Origin: Camelus ferus
Taxonomy: Eukaryota
Assembly: GCF_009834535.1 (NCBI RefSeq)
Contig: NC_045701.1
Span: 52,452,001 to 52,516,000, forward strand
Direction of reading: 5' to 3'
DNA: 64,000 nt
The notes below the pieces were generated by a model. That model searched no databases, had not been told where the DNA came from, and saw only the letters and a program-made list of their open reading frames with translations. Position numbers and translations under genes: made by a program. Below, in pieces: positions 37,683 to 50,378 of the stretch; the first letter of the stretch is position 1; each line of letters begins with the position of its first letter.

Positions 37683-38599
37683 GATGCCCAGATACATTCC
37701 AGAAAACATCCTCTCTTCTAAGGACATGTGACTTTTGGTACACCCTCCTCTTCAGGGAGCCCCATAGCATCGGGCTGTTCAACCCCTCTTCATAGCTGTC
37801 TTGTTATCAAATACTGTGTTCCAAAGAGACATTTCTCTTTCTCATTCTTGCACATTTAAAGGTTCCCATGTGTTGTGTTGCTCTTTAGCAACAAACAGCA
37901 AAGCTGATGGGGAAAGAAAGTGTCTCCAAGAACTGGAAAGAAAAGTGTGAGAAAAAGCAGCTGTCATCACACTCCTAGCCTTTCTGAGCCATTAATTCAG
38001 TTGTAGATTTCTCCAGAACAACTCCCCTCTCCATCCCTGCTCTACTCACTCATGGGAGAACAAGAGGTCAGCATTTTTATGTGAACACATCATGCATTTT
38101 GACTCGGGCAGGACCAGCTTTCACACAAAACAGCTGAAGCAGGGAATTCCAGCTCGTGTTCTTCTCGGCCAGGGCCATCTGTATCCGCTTCAGCCTGGGC
38201 AGCATCGGCTCCAGCCCCTTCCCTTCCTCCTTTTGTTTCCCGAGGCTCCTCCCTTTTCTCTCGCTGGTGCCAAGCAGCACTGCCCATGCTTTTGTGCAGT
38301 GGACATGATTTTGGGTGCACTGGATGCCGCTACCTGGGCTCGTGACTGGCTGCAGCCTTGCTCCTTCTCTTTTATTTTTTATTTTATTATCTTGGCCTTT
38401 GAGAGCCCCGCATGAACTCCAATTATCAGCTCTTTCTCCACCACCTTGATTCTGCCTCTCAGTTAACAGGCTGGGCTTGTGACCCCTGAGGATTCCCAGG
38501 GCTGACTCTGTACACCCCAGAATTTTGGGGGTCCACTTTCCATGTCTTATGTGCCTGTGTATCTTCAGTCCTCTCCCCTGAGCAGTCCCCTCCAAAGTC

Positions 38600-39790
38600 C
38601 TGCTTCCCCGATCACCTCCATGCAGGCAATCCTTTCTTCTGAGCTCAGGTCCTGGGTTTCCAGCTACTGCTTTGATATGTCCTTCTGAGTGCCCACTGGA
38701 CCCTCATCTACAATGTTTGCCAAGCTCACCTTCCCTTTTCTAACCCCTGGGTTCCATTTCAGCATCACTCCTCTTTCAGCCACATGGCTCTGTCTTCCTA
38801 GAGTGCGTCGCTCCCCACCTCCCCACCCAGCCACCTTCTAGGAGTGGTTCCTTATCATCTGGGCTCCACGTGATGTCACTGGCACAGAGAATCTGCCCCA
38901 GACCACCCTCTCTGAGAAGAGCCCTCCTCTTGTCATCTCCCTCATTGCCCTGTTAGCTTTCGGCATAGCACTTGTCACCGCTTGTGATTATTTTATCTTT
39001 TACTTGTCTGTGGTCTGATTTCCAGAAAGCAGGACCTAAGTCTGTTCTAGTCAGCATTAAATACTCCAAGAGCAATGCCTGGCACATGGCAAGATCTTAA
39101 GGATTACGTGGTAACTGGATGGATGAATTTTCCGGCCACCCAGATCCTGAACTTCAGAGACACACTGACTGTCTCCTCTCCTTGACTCTCCACATTGAAT
39201 CTCAAGCCTGTTAACTCTCTTGCTCAAAACCAGGCCCTCACTTTTGGGTTATTATAATTGTCTTCTAACTAGTGGCCCATTTTCTGTGTTCCCTCTGCTG
39301 TCCTTGTGGCCCGTTACCGCCTAGTGACCTTTCTTGAATTGTTTGTTATAACTATTACTTTTTCATTTTCAACATCCTTCACTGCTGTTGTACCTTAGTC
39401 TGTCACTGATGATGTCCCAGTTTTGTTTTCCATCACATCTTCTCCCGTGCCCTCTATCCAGCCAAGCTGCATCTCAGCTGCAGTATGCCTGTGCCCACGT
39501 GTTTCTGTCACCTCTACCATCCTCCGCCCTCCCCCGTCCATCTATATAAGCCGTTGCCCCCAGCTAGAGTTAGGTCGTGCTCTCTCAGAATGCTCTGAAG
39601 CTGTTAATCTATGTTCTTGCATGAAAAACGTGACTTTCTGCCTTGTACTGTGGTTGTTTACGCACTTGCTGTTTACCTGAGTGGATTACAACTCCTCGAA
39701 AAGGACTATATTTGCACTTTATTTGCTCAATGCCTAGAAATCTTGAATTCAACAAATACTTGCTGAGTGCATGAGTGGTATAATAATCTC
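38600..39790 (+). mobile_element. L2 LINE fragments
   Basis: ttcttctgagctcagg...agcacttgtcacc...agagcaatgcctggcacatggcaagatcttaa; cctagaaatcttgaattcaacaaatacttgctgagtg. Confidence 0.65.
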
Positions 39791-40439
39791 TGAGGCAGGT
39801 AAGCTACAGAAGTAGGGTCAGAGGTGCCAGGTACTCTGAAGTGTGAGCGGAAAAAACGAATGGTCCCGGAGCGTGGGACCGTTCTAGCTCTCCTGTCAAA
39901 GAGAGCTCCTCTACTGTGGAGAACTTTCTCTTGAGGTCCAAGGGTTCTTACTTCCTTCTTCGTTGGATCTTGTACTGGCAGTGAGGCCCCCAGCTCAGAG
40001 GCCAGTGTCAGGGACGGAGTTTGACGGCTGGCTTCACGCCCACATACTTCATCCCGCTGACTTTGCTCAGAGCCCACCAAGCCGCATTTGGCTGAGATCA
40101 GAATGACCACAGGGAAATCGGAGCTGTACTGGAATCAGCCTGACGGAAACATGGAACAGTTAACCAATTTCTCTTTATCTTCCTTCTCTTCTCTCCGTCT
40201 CAGACATTAGGGTCTAATTCCTACTCCAATTATAAAACAGAATTTTATTTTTAATTAGAAAACTTAAAATAGTTGGGTTCTGGGACCTGGTTGGTCTTTT
40301 TCCCTTGAGGTGCAGGCTCCTTTGGTAGCAGAGCTCCTAGCAGGGTGGAAGATAGGTTTTTCTCCTGTGCTAGTTCCATTTGGTTGGTAGAGGCTTCCAG
40401 GAGTGCCATTTTTCTCAAATGATGTATCGTCTAGTGTCT

Positions 40440-40840
40440 AAGTGTCATGATTAATTACTAATGTTTGCCACGGGTGCAGTAGGAGAGAGTGGGGCACATA
40501 TGTTCTGTCTGGTCAGCGTGGGATTCCTGAGCCCTTGCTCTATGCCAGACACTTCGCTGATGACCGGGGATATGGGTGCAAAAGACAAAGGAGAGATTCT
40601 GCTTCGTGCAGCTCACAGGCTTGGGAGGAAGGTGGACAATTAACCTATGCAGGTGTGGAGAGTCTTGAGTTAGGGGAAGAACATAGCACTTTGGGAGTAC
40701 GTGATTAAAAGGAAGCTTAACCTGACAAAGTGGTATTATTATTATCTCCATTTTATTTATGTAAATTAACATGTCCAGGGTCACACAGCCAGTAAGTTGC
40801 AGAATTAGAATTTTTACCCAAGACAGCTTTATGTCAAAGC
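40440..40840 (-). mobile_element. L2 3' end and MIR relics
   Basis: tgctctatgccagacactt...ggggatatgggtgcaaaagacaaag; attatctccattttattt...tccagggtcacacagccagtaagttgcagaattagaattttt. Confidence 0.6.
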
Positions 40841-41382
40841 TCCTGTTCCTGCGTCGTTACTGGGATTTTTCACTTCATGTGAGATGTGAGGTGTGGTACA
40901 CTAAAGTCAGCTGGTGCTGTCTCATGAGAGGTGATTATGTATTTTCAGAAATTTTGCTTGTTTTTTGAGGTCATGTTGAGCTGGAAATCACTCAGTGTGG
41001 GAGTATTTACACCATAGAAACTGGCATCCGCAACAAATCAAGCTTTTTCCTTCCGCAAAGAGCTGGTTGTTAACCATTTATCAGTGCCCCACTGGAGGTT
41101 CAATACTACCACATTCTTCAGAAATTCACAAAATATAGCTGGATTTTTATAAAGATCTGAACTGTTAGTGGCATAGGAACCATTTGGAAATGTTTATTAA
41201 AAAGGGCTTGGGGTTTAGTAGGTCTGGAATGAGAGAAGAAATTTGCATTTAAAAAAAACAAACCCAAAACCTAGATGATTAGTTGCTGCCAGAAATGAGA
41301 ACATACTTTAGGAAATATTTCAACTTTTTAAGTATTTCCCCATTTATTCACATTAAAGGTGCCATATGAACTCCCTACATCA

Positions 41383-41480
41383 GTGTTTCCAACTCTGGCT
41401 AAATATTAAAATCCCCTGGGGAATCAAATAAAATACCATTGCCAGGCTCCACCCCAGACCCAATTAAATCAGGGCCCTCA
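41383..41480. mobile_element. MER5A-like relic
   Basis: cagtgtttccaactctggctaaatattaaaatcccctgggg...gccaggctccaccccagaccaattaaatcag. Confidence 0.7.
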
Positions 41481-41489
41481 GCAAGGAAT

Positions 41490-42317
41490 TAGTTACATGT
41501 GCCCAACTGTTTGTCAAAATTGCTGTGGACGAGTTACTTCTCTGTGACTCCTGTTGCCCCCTCTCCTCACTTTTGAACTTGAGTGTCTACTGCAATTATC
41601 TATGTCAATACTATAATAAGGGGCAGACAGCTTGGGTCTCTAGCTGACAGGTGTCAGATTGAGAGACTCACACTTGATTAGGCTTATCTGTACCTGGACA
41701 TAATTTAGAAGATGAAATCCTGGATCTCTAAGCTGAGCCTGTTGCTATAATGAGATGAAGCTCTTGGAGGTCACGGGAGGGAAGCAGTGTATTTTGTTTA
41801 CCAGAGGAATAGAAATAATTAGTGGTTAGAGGATGGACTATGGTCAATTAAAGATGCCCACAAAGTCTTTGATACTCCTCCCAGTAAGAGGTGGATCTGT
41901 TTTCCCTCTCTGTGGGTCTTGCCTGTGCTTTGACCCATAGAGAGTGGCAGAGGCACCACTGGGTCAGTTATGGGCCTGACCTTTGAAAGGAATGGCCATT
42001 TCCACCAGTTTCCTGAGCCCTGAGCCACCGTGGAAGACGTTTGCCATGTAAGAACATTGTGTCCCCAGACTCCCGTTTGTTCCCATCAATGCACCAAGCA
42101 AGTGAGTAAAGCCATCTTGCATCCTCCAAACCAGTCCAGCTGCCAGCTAAAAACCACCAAGTAATCCCAGTTGACTCCCTAGGGAGCAGAAGAATCACCT
42201 GGTTGAGCCTTACTCAAATTCTCGTCCTTCAAAATTGCAAGGTTTAATAAATCGGCTGTTGGTTTCAGCTACTAAGTTTTGTGGTAGTTTGTTACAGGGC
42301 AGAATGACAGAAACTCT
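41490..42317 (+). mobile_element. MLT1 internal 3' remnant plus MLT1F-like LTR (about 41820-42317)
   Basis: gatgaaatcctggatctc...gtgtattttg resembles MLT1-int end; then aagatgcccacaaagtctttgatactcctccc...cagctgccagct...ctactaagttttgtggtagtttgttaca. Confidence 0.8.
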
Positions 42318-42529
42318 CCCCTAGGTGATTCTAATGTGCATCCTGGCCATTCAGAAATAGTCTACCTGGGTAGCTACAAAGAGTCCCCCTCCCCCAGCCC
42401 CTTATCCATGTCTTACCCAACATTTACTTCATTTTTCCACCTAAGTAAATTTTCTGTGGCAAAGACATCCCATGCACTTTCGGAAAATAATCCATAACAT
42501 TCAATAAAATGTCATGGACGTTATAGAGA

Positions 42530-42680
42530 ACAAACACTGGAATACCAGTCAGGAAACCTTGACTTTATCCCTGGCTTTGACATCACTAGCTCTTAGGACC
42601 TTAGGCAAGTCATATATCTTCTCCCAGCCTTATTTTTGATGTCTGTAAAATGAGGAAATTAGACTACATTGTCTCTATAT
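42530..42680 (+). mobile_element. MIR SINE
   Basis: cctggctttgacatcactagct...gaccttaggcaagtca...tctgtaaaatgagga. Confidence 0.75.
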
Positions 42681-45600
42681 TCCCTTTCACTTGTGGGCTT
42701 TTTTGACAGTGTAATGGTGTGTGGAATAGTAACTCTCAATGGAGAGAGATTATTTTCAGAAAAAAAATGCACCTCACCTATCTATTCTTGATCACCACTG
42801 ACTCAGGCTAGATTTATACCTGCTACCCAGGGGTGAAAAGTTTTGTGTCTACATTACCAGCACATCTTCAGGAACTTAGCTTCCTAGTTATGCCTGCCCA
42901 TTTTACATGCACAAAGTTTGAGAAGAAGGAAAGAAAGCACAGCGTCCATTCTTTCATCCTATAAAACTCTGTAGACACTTTGTGCTCAATGTGATCTTGC
43001 CGGACCAAGGACGTCCTGTGCCGTGGGCTGTTCCAGTGGAACGAGAGATACAGTAGTGAAATTCACGACATGTAAGTTTGGATTTACAACTTGGCAACAG
43101 ATCCCTCTGAGTCTTTAGAACTTATCCACATCGCCTTCGTGACATGCTAAAAGCAGAAAGAAAGCGTTCTTTGTGTGAAAAGCTGAAATGTGCTCCATCT
43201 TCAGACTGTAAATACAGTCACTCACTTCCTCCAGCTCCAGTTCAGCCTCGCTGACCTTCCTCAAAGTCTTCTTTTCTGACCTCTGTTAATGGCAAAGGAT
43301 CGAACCCATTGCCACTCACAATGCATATTACAGTGTCTCGAAAGCTGAGAAGTAGCAGCTCCATGCAAACGGGAATCGTTTCTTCAGTTCCTTTATTTTT
43401 AAAGTTTGGACATAACCTTGGTTGGAAGTTCACATATTCCTGGTAGTTAAAAAGAAAGTCACACTTTTTACGTACCACAGGGAATCCTCAAAAGAACTTG
43501 TGCCCTGCCCCTCATTCCTAGTAAATCAAACCGAAAGGACTCCCCAATAAGAATATTTCTCTCATCTTTCCCTCTGCATGAAAAGCAGCCGTACAAAACA
43601 TGAACTGCACAGCGTTTGCTCCCCTTGGGTGGCAGCTGCTAGGATGCAGCATTGCCACTGGTCTTCAAGGGACCTTTTATCCCCAGCTGCGTGAGCCAAG
43701 CCACAGGACTGGCAAGAATGCTTGGGATGCTTCCTGTGAACTTGGGACACAAAGACTCTGGTGTGGCTCTGAAATAGGAACCCCTAAAGAGAGAGGAGCT
43801 GAAAGGGACTTTTATTACACTTGTAAGGCCATTGCTGTCCACGTGAGGAGTATGTATGAGTGAGGAAGACAGCTCATGTGTGTGTTTATGAGGGTATCTA
43901 CGTAGATATATATAGATAAATACATACTGACTTTTAAATATCTTTTTTTTTGAGACAATTTAAGTTATTGTTTTCAACATCTAACCCAGAAGAGTGTCGG
44001 AATGACTCAGTGGGCACCGAGCCACCAGACCTGTGATTGACCAAGTTCAACAAGGGAATTTCAGCATTGAAGAAGGAGCCTGTGTTTTTCTTATTAATGG
44101 TTAAGCCATGGCCCTGATAAGAGATTTTCAAAGCTAACAAAGAGGAAAATGGTACTCCAGCTAGAAAGTGTTCCAAAATAGATTCCTTGTTTCACTCAAT
44201 ATTGAGCAATTTTGGTATGCTGGGGGCCCTGACAGCTGTTTTCCATGAAACATTCAAATTGATCTGCTTCCAATTCATTCGATCTCTTTTCAAAGGGCCT
44301 TGAAAAAGTCACCAGTAATGCCACCTGGTACAGAAAGTGAAAGGTTTGAAACATTTTTGTTTACATCAAAGTCAGAGAAACCCTCATGCATGGCAAAGTT
44401 CTTTGAGATGATTAATACCTGCAATTATAGCCTCTCTTTCTTAATCAAAGTTGCAGTGGAAAGTGAACTTGAGTTTATAGTTCATGGTCCTTAACTGAAA
44501 CATCCTAGATTTAGGTGCTCAGAAATACAGCTATAATACAAACAAGGCCTTGAATTTCACGTGAAGTCAATGATAGACTCTGTTAGCTATTTTTCCACTT
44601 ATCCATTTTTTCCCGAAATTATAGATGGATTTATGAGCAGTTTAAGGGAAAGGGGACCCTGAGGATAGATGAGTTTTCGTCAGTGTCATCTACCTAGAAA
44701 ATTGGGGTCATTTGCAAGCAGAATGGTTTTTAGGTGTCAGGCTAGAGTTCCTGGTGAGATTGCTTACGTGGAGAGGAGATGCCTCTTAAACGCGCCCACT
44801 GTGTGAGGGTGCCGTTACGCTACGTGATTGGAATAAGGCTTGTACGGCATGATTCCCTTTGCAGCCCTGGATACTCTCAGCAAAGTAAGATATTTCCTTG
44901 TGTAATTGATAATGGTGCTAAATGAGTAGTAACAACAACAATCTCTTTTGATTCAGAGACTCTAAAGAAGACAAGAAAGTTGCAGGGAAGGGTTGAGATT
45001 AAGACACAGTGATGGCACTGTTATTCACATGGACCCAGTTCTTACTGATCCAGTATTGAAAAGAATAGTGGAAATGTTGCCTTTCATGAAGGTTTAGCTT
45101 CAGTGGATAAACCCAGCTCCCTTTCCAGCCTGACCACACACTAGAGACGATGCCTCAGGTGTGTATTTCCAGGCAGTTAAAGAAAACCTGGGATTCGTAA
45201 GGTGGATTTTTTTTTTTTCCTGAAAAGCTGCTCAACATGATTAATTCAAATGAAACTCAGGAAAATTCCCTTTTCCTTTTGCAAACAGAAAGGCAGAGGA
45301 ATTTAGAGTGATCTGGAACACAGAATCATCAGTCTTGGGGTCATTCCCCTGTGTAGACCTTTGCCAGGGATGAGTTGAATGACCTTTAGCAGCAGGAGAC
45401 ATGAGAACTAAAGCCTGGAACTCAAGCTTCAAGACACCCCGGGCTCATGTTAATTGTTAACTTCATGATTTCCACACCAAACACAGAGATTGCTCTTAAG
45501 CATCCCCCAAAACAGTTTTTATTGACACAAGAAAGGTAAAAATAGCCATAGCCTTGAATACCCAGATGATTGAGCTTGGTCAGGGCACCAACTGAAATGC

Positions 45601-45819
45601 AGGATCAAGGACTCAGTCTCTGGGAGGAACTGGATTCTGTCTGCCCAGTTTGCTGGGGGTATGGGGAATGCCGAGGGAGCAGTCAAGTCACAGGTCTCCA
45701 TCTGGAGCTCAACCAGCAGGGCAGGGCCCATCCCAGCAGCCAGATCTGAAAGTCTGTGGCCATGTCTGCTGCTGGCTTTTTCATGCAGGAACAGAGAGGT
45801 CACAAGAAAAAGATATAAG

Positions 45820-47450
45820 ATGGCCTTTAAACACATGAAAATGGTCACATTTGCTAATAATTGGGGGAATACAATGTAAACACTGAGATACCATTTCTTG
45901 CTTATTGGATTAGCTGAAATTAATAAATTTGACAGCATATTCTGTTGGTGAAGCAGTGAGAAAATAGGCATTCTCATATATTACTTGTTTCAAAAAAAAC
46001 CTGGTACAGCCTTTCTATAGTGAGATTTGGCAATACCTTGCAAAACCACATATGTGCTTACTGTTTGACCCAGCAATTTCCCTTTTAGAAATCTAACCCC
46101 AAGTATGTGTGTAATGATATGAAAATACATGTGTACAAGGTTGTTCACTGAAGCATCATTTGTAATTGAACAGTATTAGAAATCATCTAAATGCCCATAC
46201 AGTGGAAAGTGATGGAATAATCTGTGAGTCATCCACACATGGAGTACTATGTATCTATAAAAAGGAGTAAATCAAATCTATGAAATGATAGGGAGTGATT
46301 CCTAAATGAAAAAAGTGAAGTGCAGAGTCTCTATTCTTAATTAAAGAAAAAATGGGACATTAAAAACACATCCATATATCTGCTCATTTGTACATAACTA
46401 ATAAAGAAAGAATAAACCAGAAGGGAATGAGATTGGTTAAGATTAAGCCAGGGAAAATATAAGAAAGTCTAGGACATCTTGTGGGGCCAGAAAATAAGGA
46501 AGTACTCAAAACTGACAGGGACATGCTGAAAGGATACAAACCAACTTGAAAGAGCTCTAGGTGGTAAAAATTGGGACAATTTGAGCAATAAAATAATGAT
46601 AGTAATGGATTATACCCCATAAAATAAACATATCTTTGAGTCCAAATTGATGTAAATAGTAGAATGAATAATTAAATAGGTGTGAAAGGACCACTCTTCC
46701 TTACAGTAGGATTCCGATTAATAAAGGTAGATGAAATGATAGAAATAAAAATCACCATTAAAAAAACAGTAATAACTGTTGCAGGCAAAAACCATCACTG
46801 TGTGCTAAAATTACTGAGAAAAATACAATTAAAAAAATAAGGATTATTTGCATAGTTTCAAAGTTTCTCTCCTAGAGATTCCAAAGGGAAAAATAATGTC
46901 TTTATAGTGGGAAACCTGACAGATGTCATCATAACCAAATCATCAAAGTTAACATCAGCAGTAATAAGGCATGGATATTGTCTACCCCTTGAAATGGTAC
47001 AGCATGGAGACAGGCACAGCATAATCTCTATGGTATATTTGCAAATATATATATAATAACGAGAAATCATCAGACAAACCAAAACGGAGGGGCATTCCAC
47101 AAAAGAAGTGGCTAGCACACTTCAAAAACGTCAGGATGACGGAAGACAAGAAATGGCTAAGGAACTGTCACAAATCAGAGGACACATCGAGGTGACAAAT
47201 ATGCAATACATGTAGAATCCTGGATTGGATCCTGAACCAGGTCTTATTTGCATTTTGCCAGTTTCCCCACTGGTCTATAGATTAGTTAGTAGCATTGTGT
47301 GAATGTTAGTTTCCCGGTTTTGATCCTTGCTGTATGGTGATGTGAGATGTTAGTGTCAGAGAAGCCGGGTGAGAGATATCAGGAAACTGTGAACTCTTTT
47401 TGCAACTTTTCTGTAGGTACAAATTATTTAAAAATAAAAAATTAAAAAGA
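45820..47450 (+). mobile_element. Old L1 (L1MC/MD-type) ORF2 end and 3' UTR
   Basis: ctgtttgacccagcaatttccctttaga...ctaaatgccca; aacctgacagatgtcatcataacc...aagttaacatca; tttttgcaactttt...taaaaataaaaaattaaaaa. Confidence 0.8.
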
Positions 47451-48974
47451 AATGACTGGTAAAGAAGAACAAAGTGAGACACAAATACCTTTTGCCTTTT
47501 ATTAGAAACCTTAAAAGGCCAAGTCTTAAATTTTTACAACTGAAAAGAGTATCCATCACATATAGTCATGTTTACCTTAAAATAAATCATATTCAAAACT
47601 GTTCATACTAAGGGAATGCTCTTAAAAAATGACCCTAACGAGTCAACTAGTTTTTTCTCACCTAAATAAGAGATAAACCAGAGACATTTTATGCTCATGT
47701 CTCAGATTCTGTGCACCGAAGTGCATTCCTATGCTTTACTCCCTTAGTCTTTGTTCAGAGCCCACTCATTCTTACCTCATACAAAGCTCTATCAAGTTTG
47801 CCTCTCTGGTTTTCTAGCTCATAGTGGGGGAGAAGGGGGTAGTCCTGCATCAGATCACTACAGAGGCAGATGCACAGCAAGAAACCCTAGTAATGTGTTC
47901 ACCACGTCATCAGGTTTCTAAAATTTGCAAAGGTAAGATGTTTGAGCCACGGTTGGGACTGCCTGTTGCCACTCTGACTTCCCCTCCCGTCAGATAGCAC
48001 TGGAGTGGCCACAGGCATTTTTGAGCTCCAGCTCAGTGAGGTCGATTAGGGTTTATTAGAATATGTTTGTATATTTTACAGTCACTCCTGTGTATTGTTA
48101 AATCACTGTTAGCTGTCACAGGGTGGGAGTGTCTTTCAGAAATACTCCCACTGTCCAATTTGCTGTTTAATTGTGTATTTAGCATTTTGTATTCTTTTTC
48201 TTAAAGGGCTCCTCTCCTCTCCCTGCTCAATAGTATAGGCTTCAGACCCCTAAACGTTTGACTCCACCCTCGGCAATGACACGAATGTTTCAGGGGAGAG
48301 CTAGACAGATATGTTATCACTTGGAATTGAGTAGAGGAAAAAAACCCTATTTATTTCATGCAAGCAAAAGATCAAAAAATGTAGTGCTCTGGGGCTGTTT
48401 AGAGTGTGAATTAAGATCCAGCAAACTTCAGTAGACCATCACTGTACTGAAGCATAGATGATCATTGATGTTAGTTGTAACGATCATGAAGTGACACTTA
48501 AGCCGTTGAATATATGATGGTTAGGGGAAAAAACAGAAAAGTATATAATTCATTTAAGGAATACTTCCTTTTTAAATGTTTAAAATTAAAATGTTGATGG
48601 TTATGCATCTAAATCTTCAATGATCCAGGAGAGACATCTAAAAATGATTATTTATCCCATAGTTTAGATGGCATGAGTGTCACTCTGATTTGGTTAGGTA
48701 AAGCTGAATTGATGGGTTATAATCTTTATTCTAAAAATCAAGTAGTATGTTAGATCAGTCAGTTGGATCAGAAATCCCATGATCATGACCTGAATCTCTC
48801 CTGCATGCATTGTTAGCTCTTTTCTCATGGAAGAGTTGCGAGTGAGGTAAGCCAGTCGTAGAAAGCCCTGGAGAACTAAGATTTTTGCTAAAGATGCATG
48901 GTGGAGGCAGAGTGGTGTCAAAGAAAGGATACAGACCATACAGCCAAACAGATGCAACCTAACTTGTAAAAAAA

Positions 48975-49262
48975 AAAAAGCCAAACAAAATAGGACAAAT
49001 ACTGTATGATATCACTTGAGGTACCTAGAATAGTCAAATTCTAGAGACAGAGAGTGGTTGCCAGGGTCTGAGGGAATGGGGGGTTACTGTCTAATGGGTA
49101 CAGAATTTCACTTTGGGAAGATGGAAAATTCTGGAGGCAGATGGTGGTGTTGACTGTGCAACCATGTGAATATACTTAATGCCACAAAACTGTACACTTA
49201 ACATGGTTAACATGGTAAATTTTATGTTATGTATATTTTACCACAATAAACAAGTAAAAAGA
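48975..49262 (+). mobile_element. L1MB-type 3' UTR terminus
   Basis: gacaaatactgtatgat...gaggtacctagaatagtcaaattc...atgtgaatatacttaatgccac...tgtacacttaa...ttatgttatgtatattttaccacaat. Confidence 0.88.
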
Positions 49263-49274
49263 TAAAGCAGAAAT

Positions 49275-49490
49275 TATATTGACTGCATACAATGTGTCAA
49301 GCACTGTGCTGAACAGTACTTCACGTATTACGTGTATTGGATTTAGCCAGTGCAATAACTCCATAAATTAGATATTAATTAGTCCCATTCTTCAGACGAG
49401 CAAACTAAGGCTCAGAAAGGTTAAGTAACCTGGTCAAGGTCAGAGAACAAGTGGTAGGACCAGGACCCCACCCTAGGCAGTGGGTGCCAT
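49275..49490 (-). mobile_element. MIR SINE
   Basis: aagcactgtgct...cccattcttcagacgagcaaactaaggctcagaaaggttaagtaacctggtcaaggtca. Confidence 0.85.
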
Positions 49491-50378
49491 ATTCTAAAAC
49501 TTCAAGATCGGCCAGACCTAGGTTTGACCACCAGCTCTTTACTTGGCATGTAGTAGATATCTAATAAATGTTTTAAAATATATATATTATCATCATTATT
49601 ATGTAAACTGTGCATGGGGTTTTGGTTTTTTATCTTTGCTAACGCTAACCCTAAAACTCAGTGATTTTTCCTCCAGTGTAATTGAGGTGCAAAAAGCACG
49701 ATAGAGAATCAGCGTAGAACCATGCCTGTAATTCAGGCAACACAGGAAAGAGCTGGGTTTTGGTGATAACTCAAATGAAAAGGCAACTTTTTTTTTTTTT
49801 TTTCCCAGTTAGTGGCCTTCTGACTGGAGTCACCTGAATTGGCTCTTAGAGCCTTTTGAGCTGGGTTCAGCCAGGCCTCCACACATATTTGGACAGCATT
49901 TTGATGACTCAAGTTTACTGGAAAGTTCTTCGAGGCCATTAAAAAGGACCCTCTTGAACCACAGAGTTGATTTAAGGCATTCCAGTGCAGAAAAGCACAG
50001 CTGTGAAGCCAGCTCCCAAGTCCCGCCCTACTCTGCTGCCTCCAAAGTTGGGGAGACAGGCCCCTCAGATCCCTGGACTGGCAGAGGAGCTTTGACCTGA
50101 CAAACTACAGGTGCAGCCACCCTCGCCATAGCCAGGAGCTCACCAAACGGCTGCCCTTCCTAAAAATCTGTTTCCCTTGGCTAACCGTGTGGATGGTCTC
50201 TTATAAGGATAAACCTTAGACTTAAAGCTAGTTATTTTCTCAAACGGCTGCTATGAAGTCTTTTAAAGTATTTCAACCCCTGTCTTTCAAATTTGAAACT
50301 TCATGCTATAAACCAATAGCCGTCAACTTTTTTGCATGCTGATTTCCTTATGATTATTACTTAATTTTGAATGGCGGC

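Noticed and set aside
33460-42317. MLT1 LTR+int at 33.5 kb and int+LTR at 41.5 kb as one split provirus
   Set aside because: The two LTRs look like different subfamilies, and about 7 kb of intervening DNA includes apparently unique sequence
43895-43908. 14-bp palindrome tatctacgtagata
   Set aside because: Short, embedded in TA-rich low-complexity sequence; one such is plausible by chance in 64 kb
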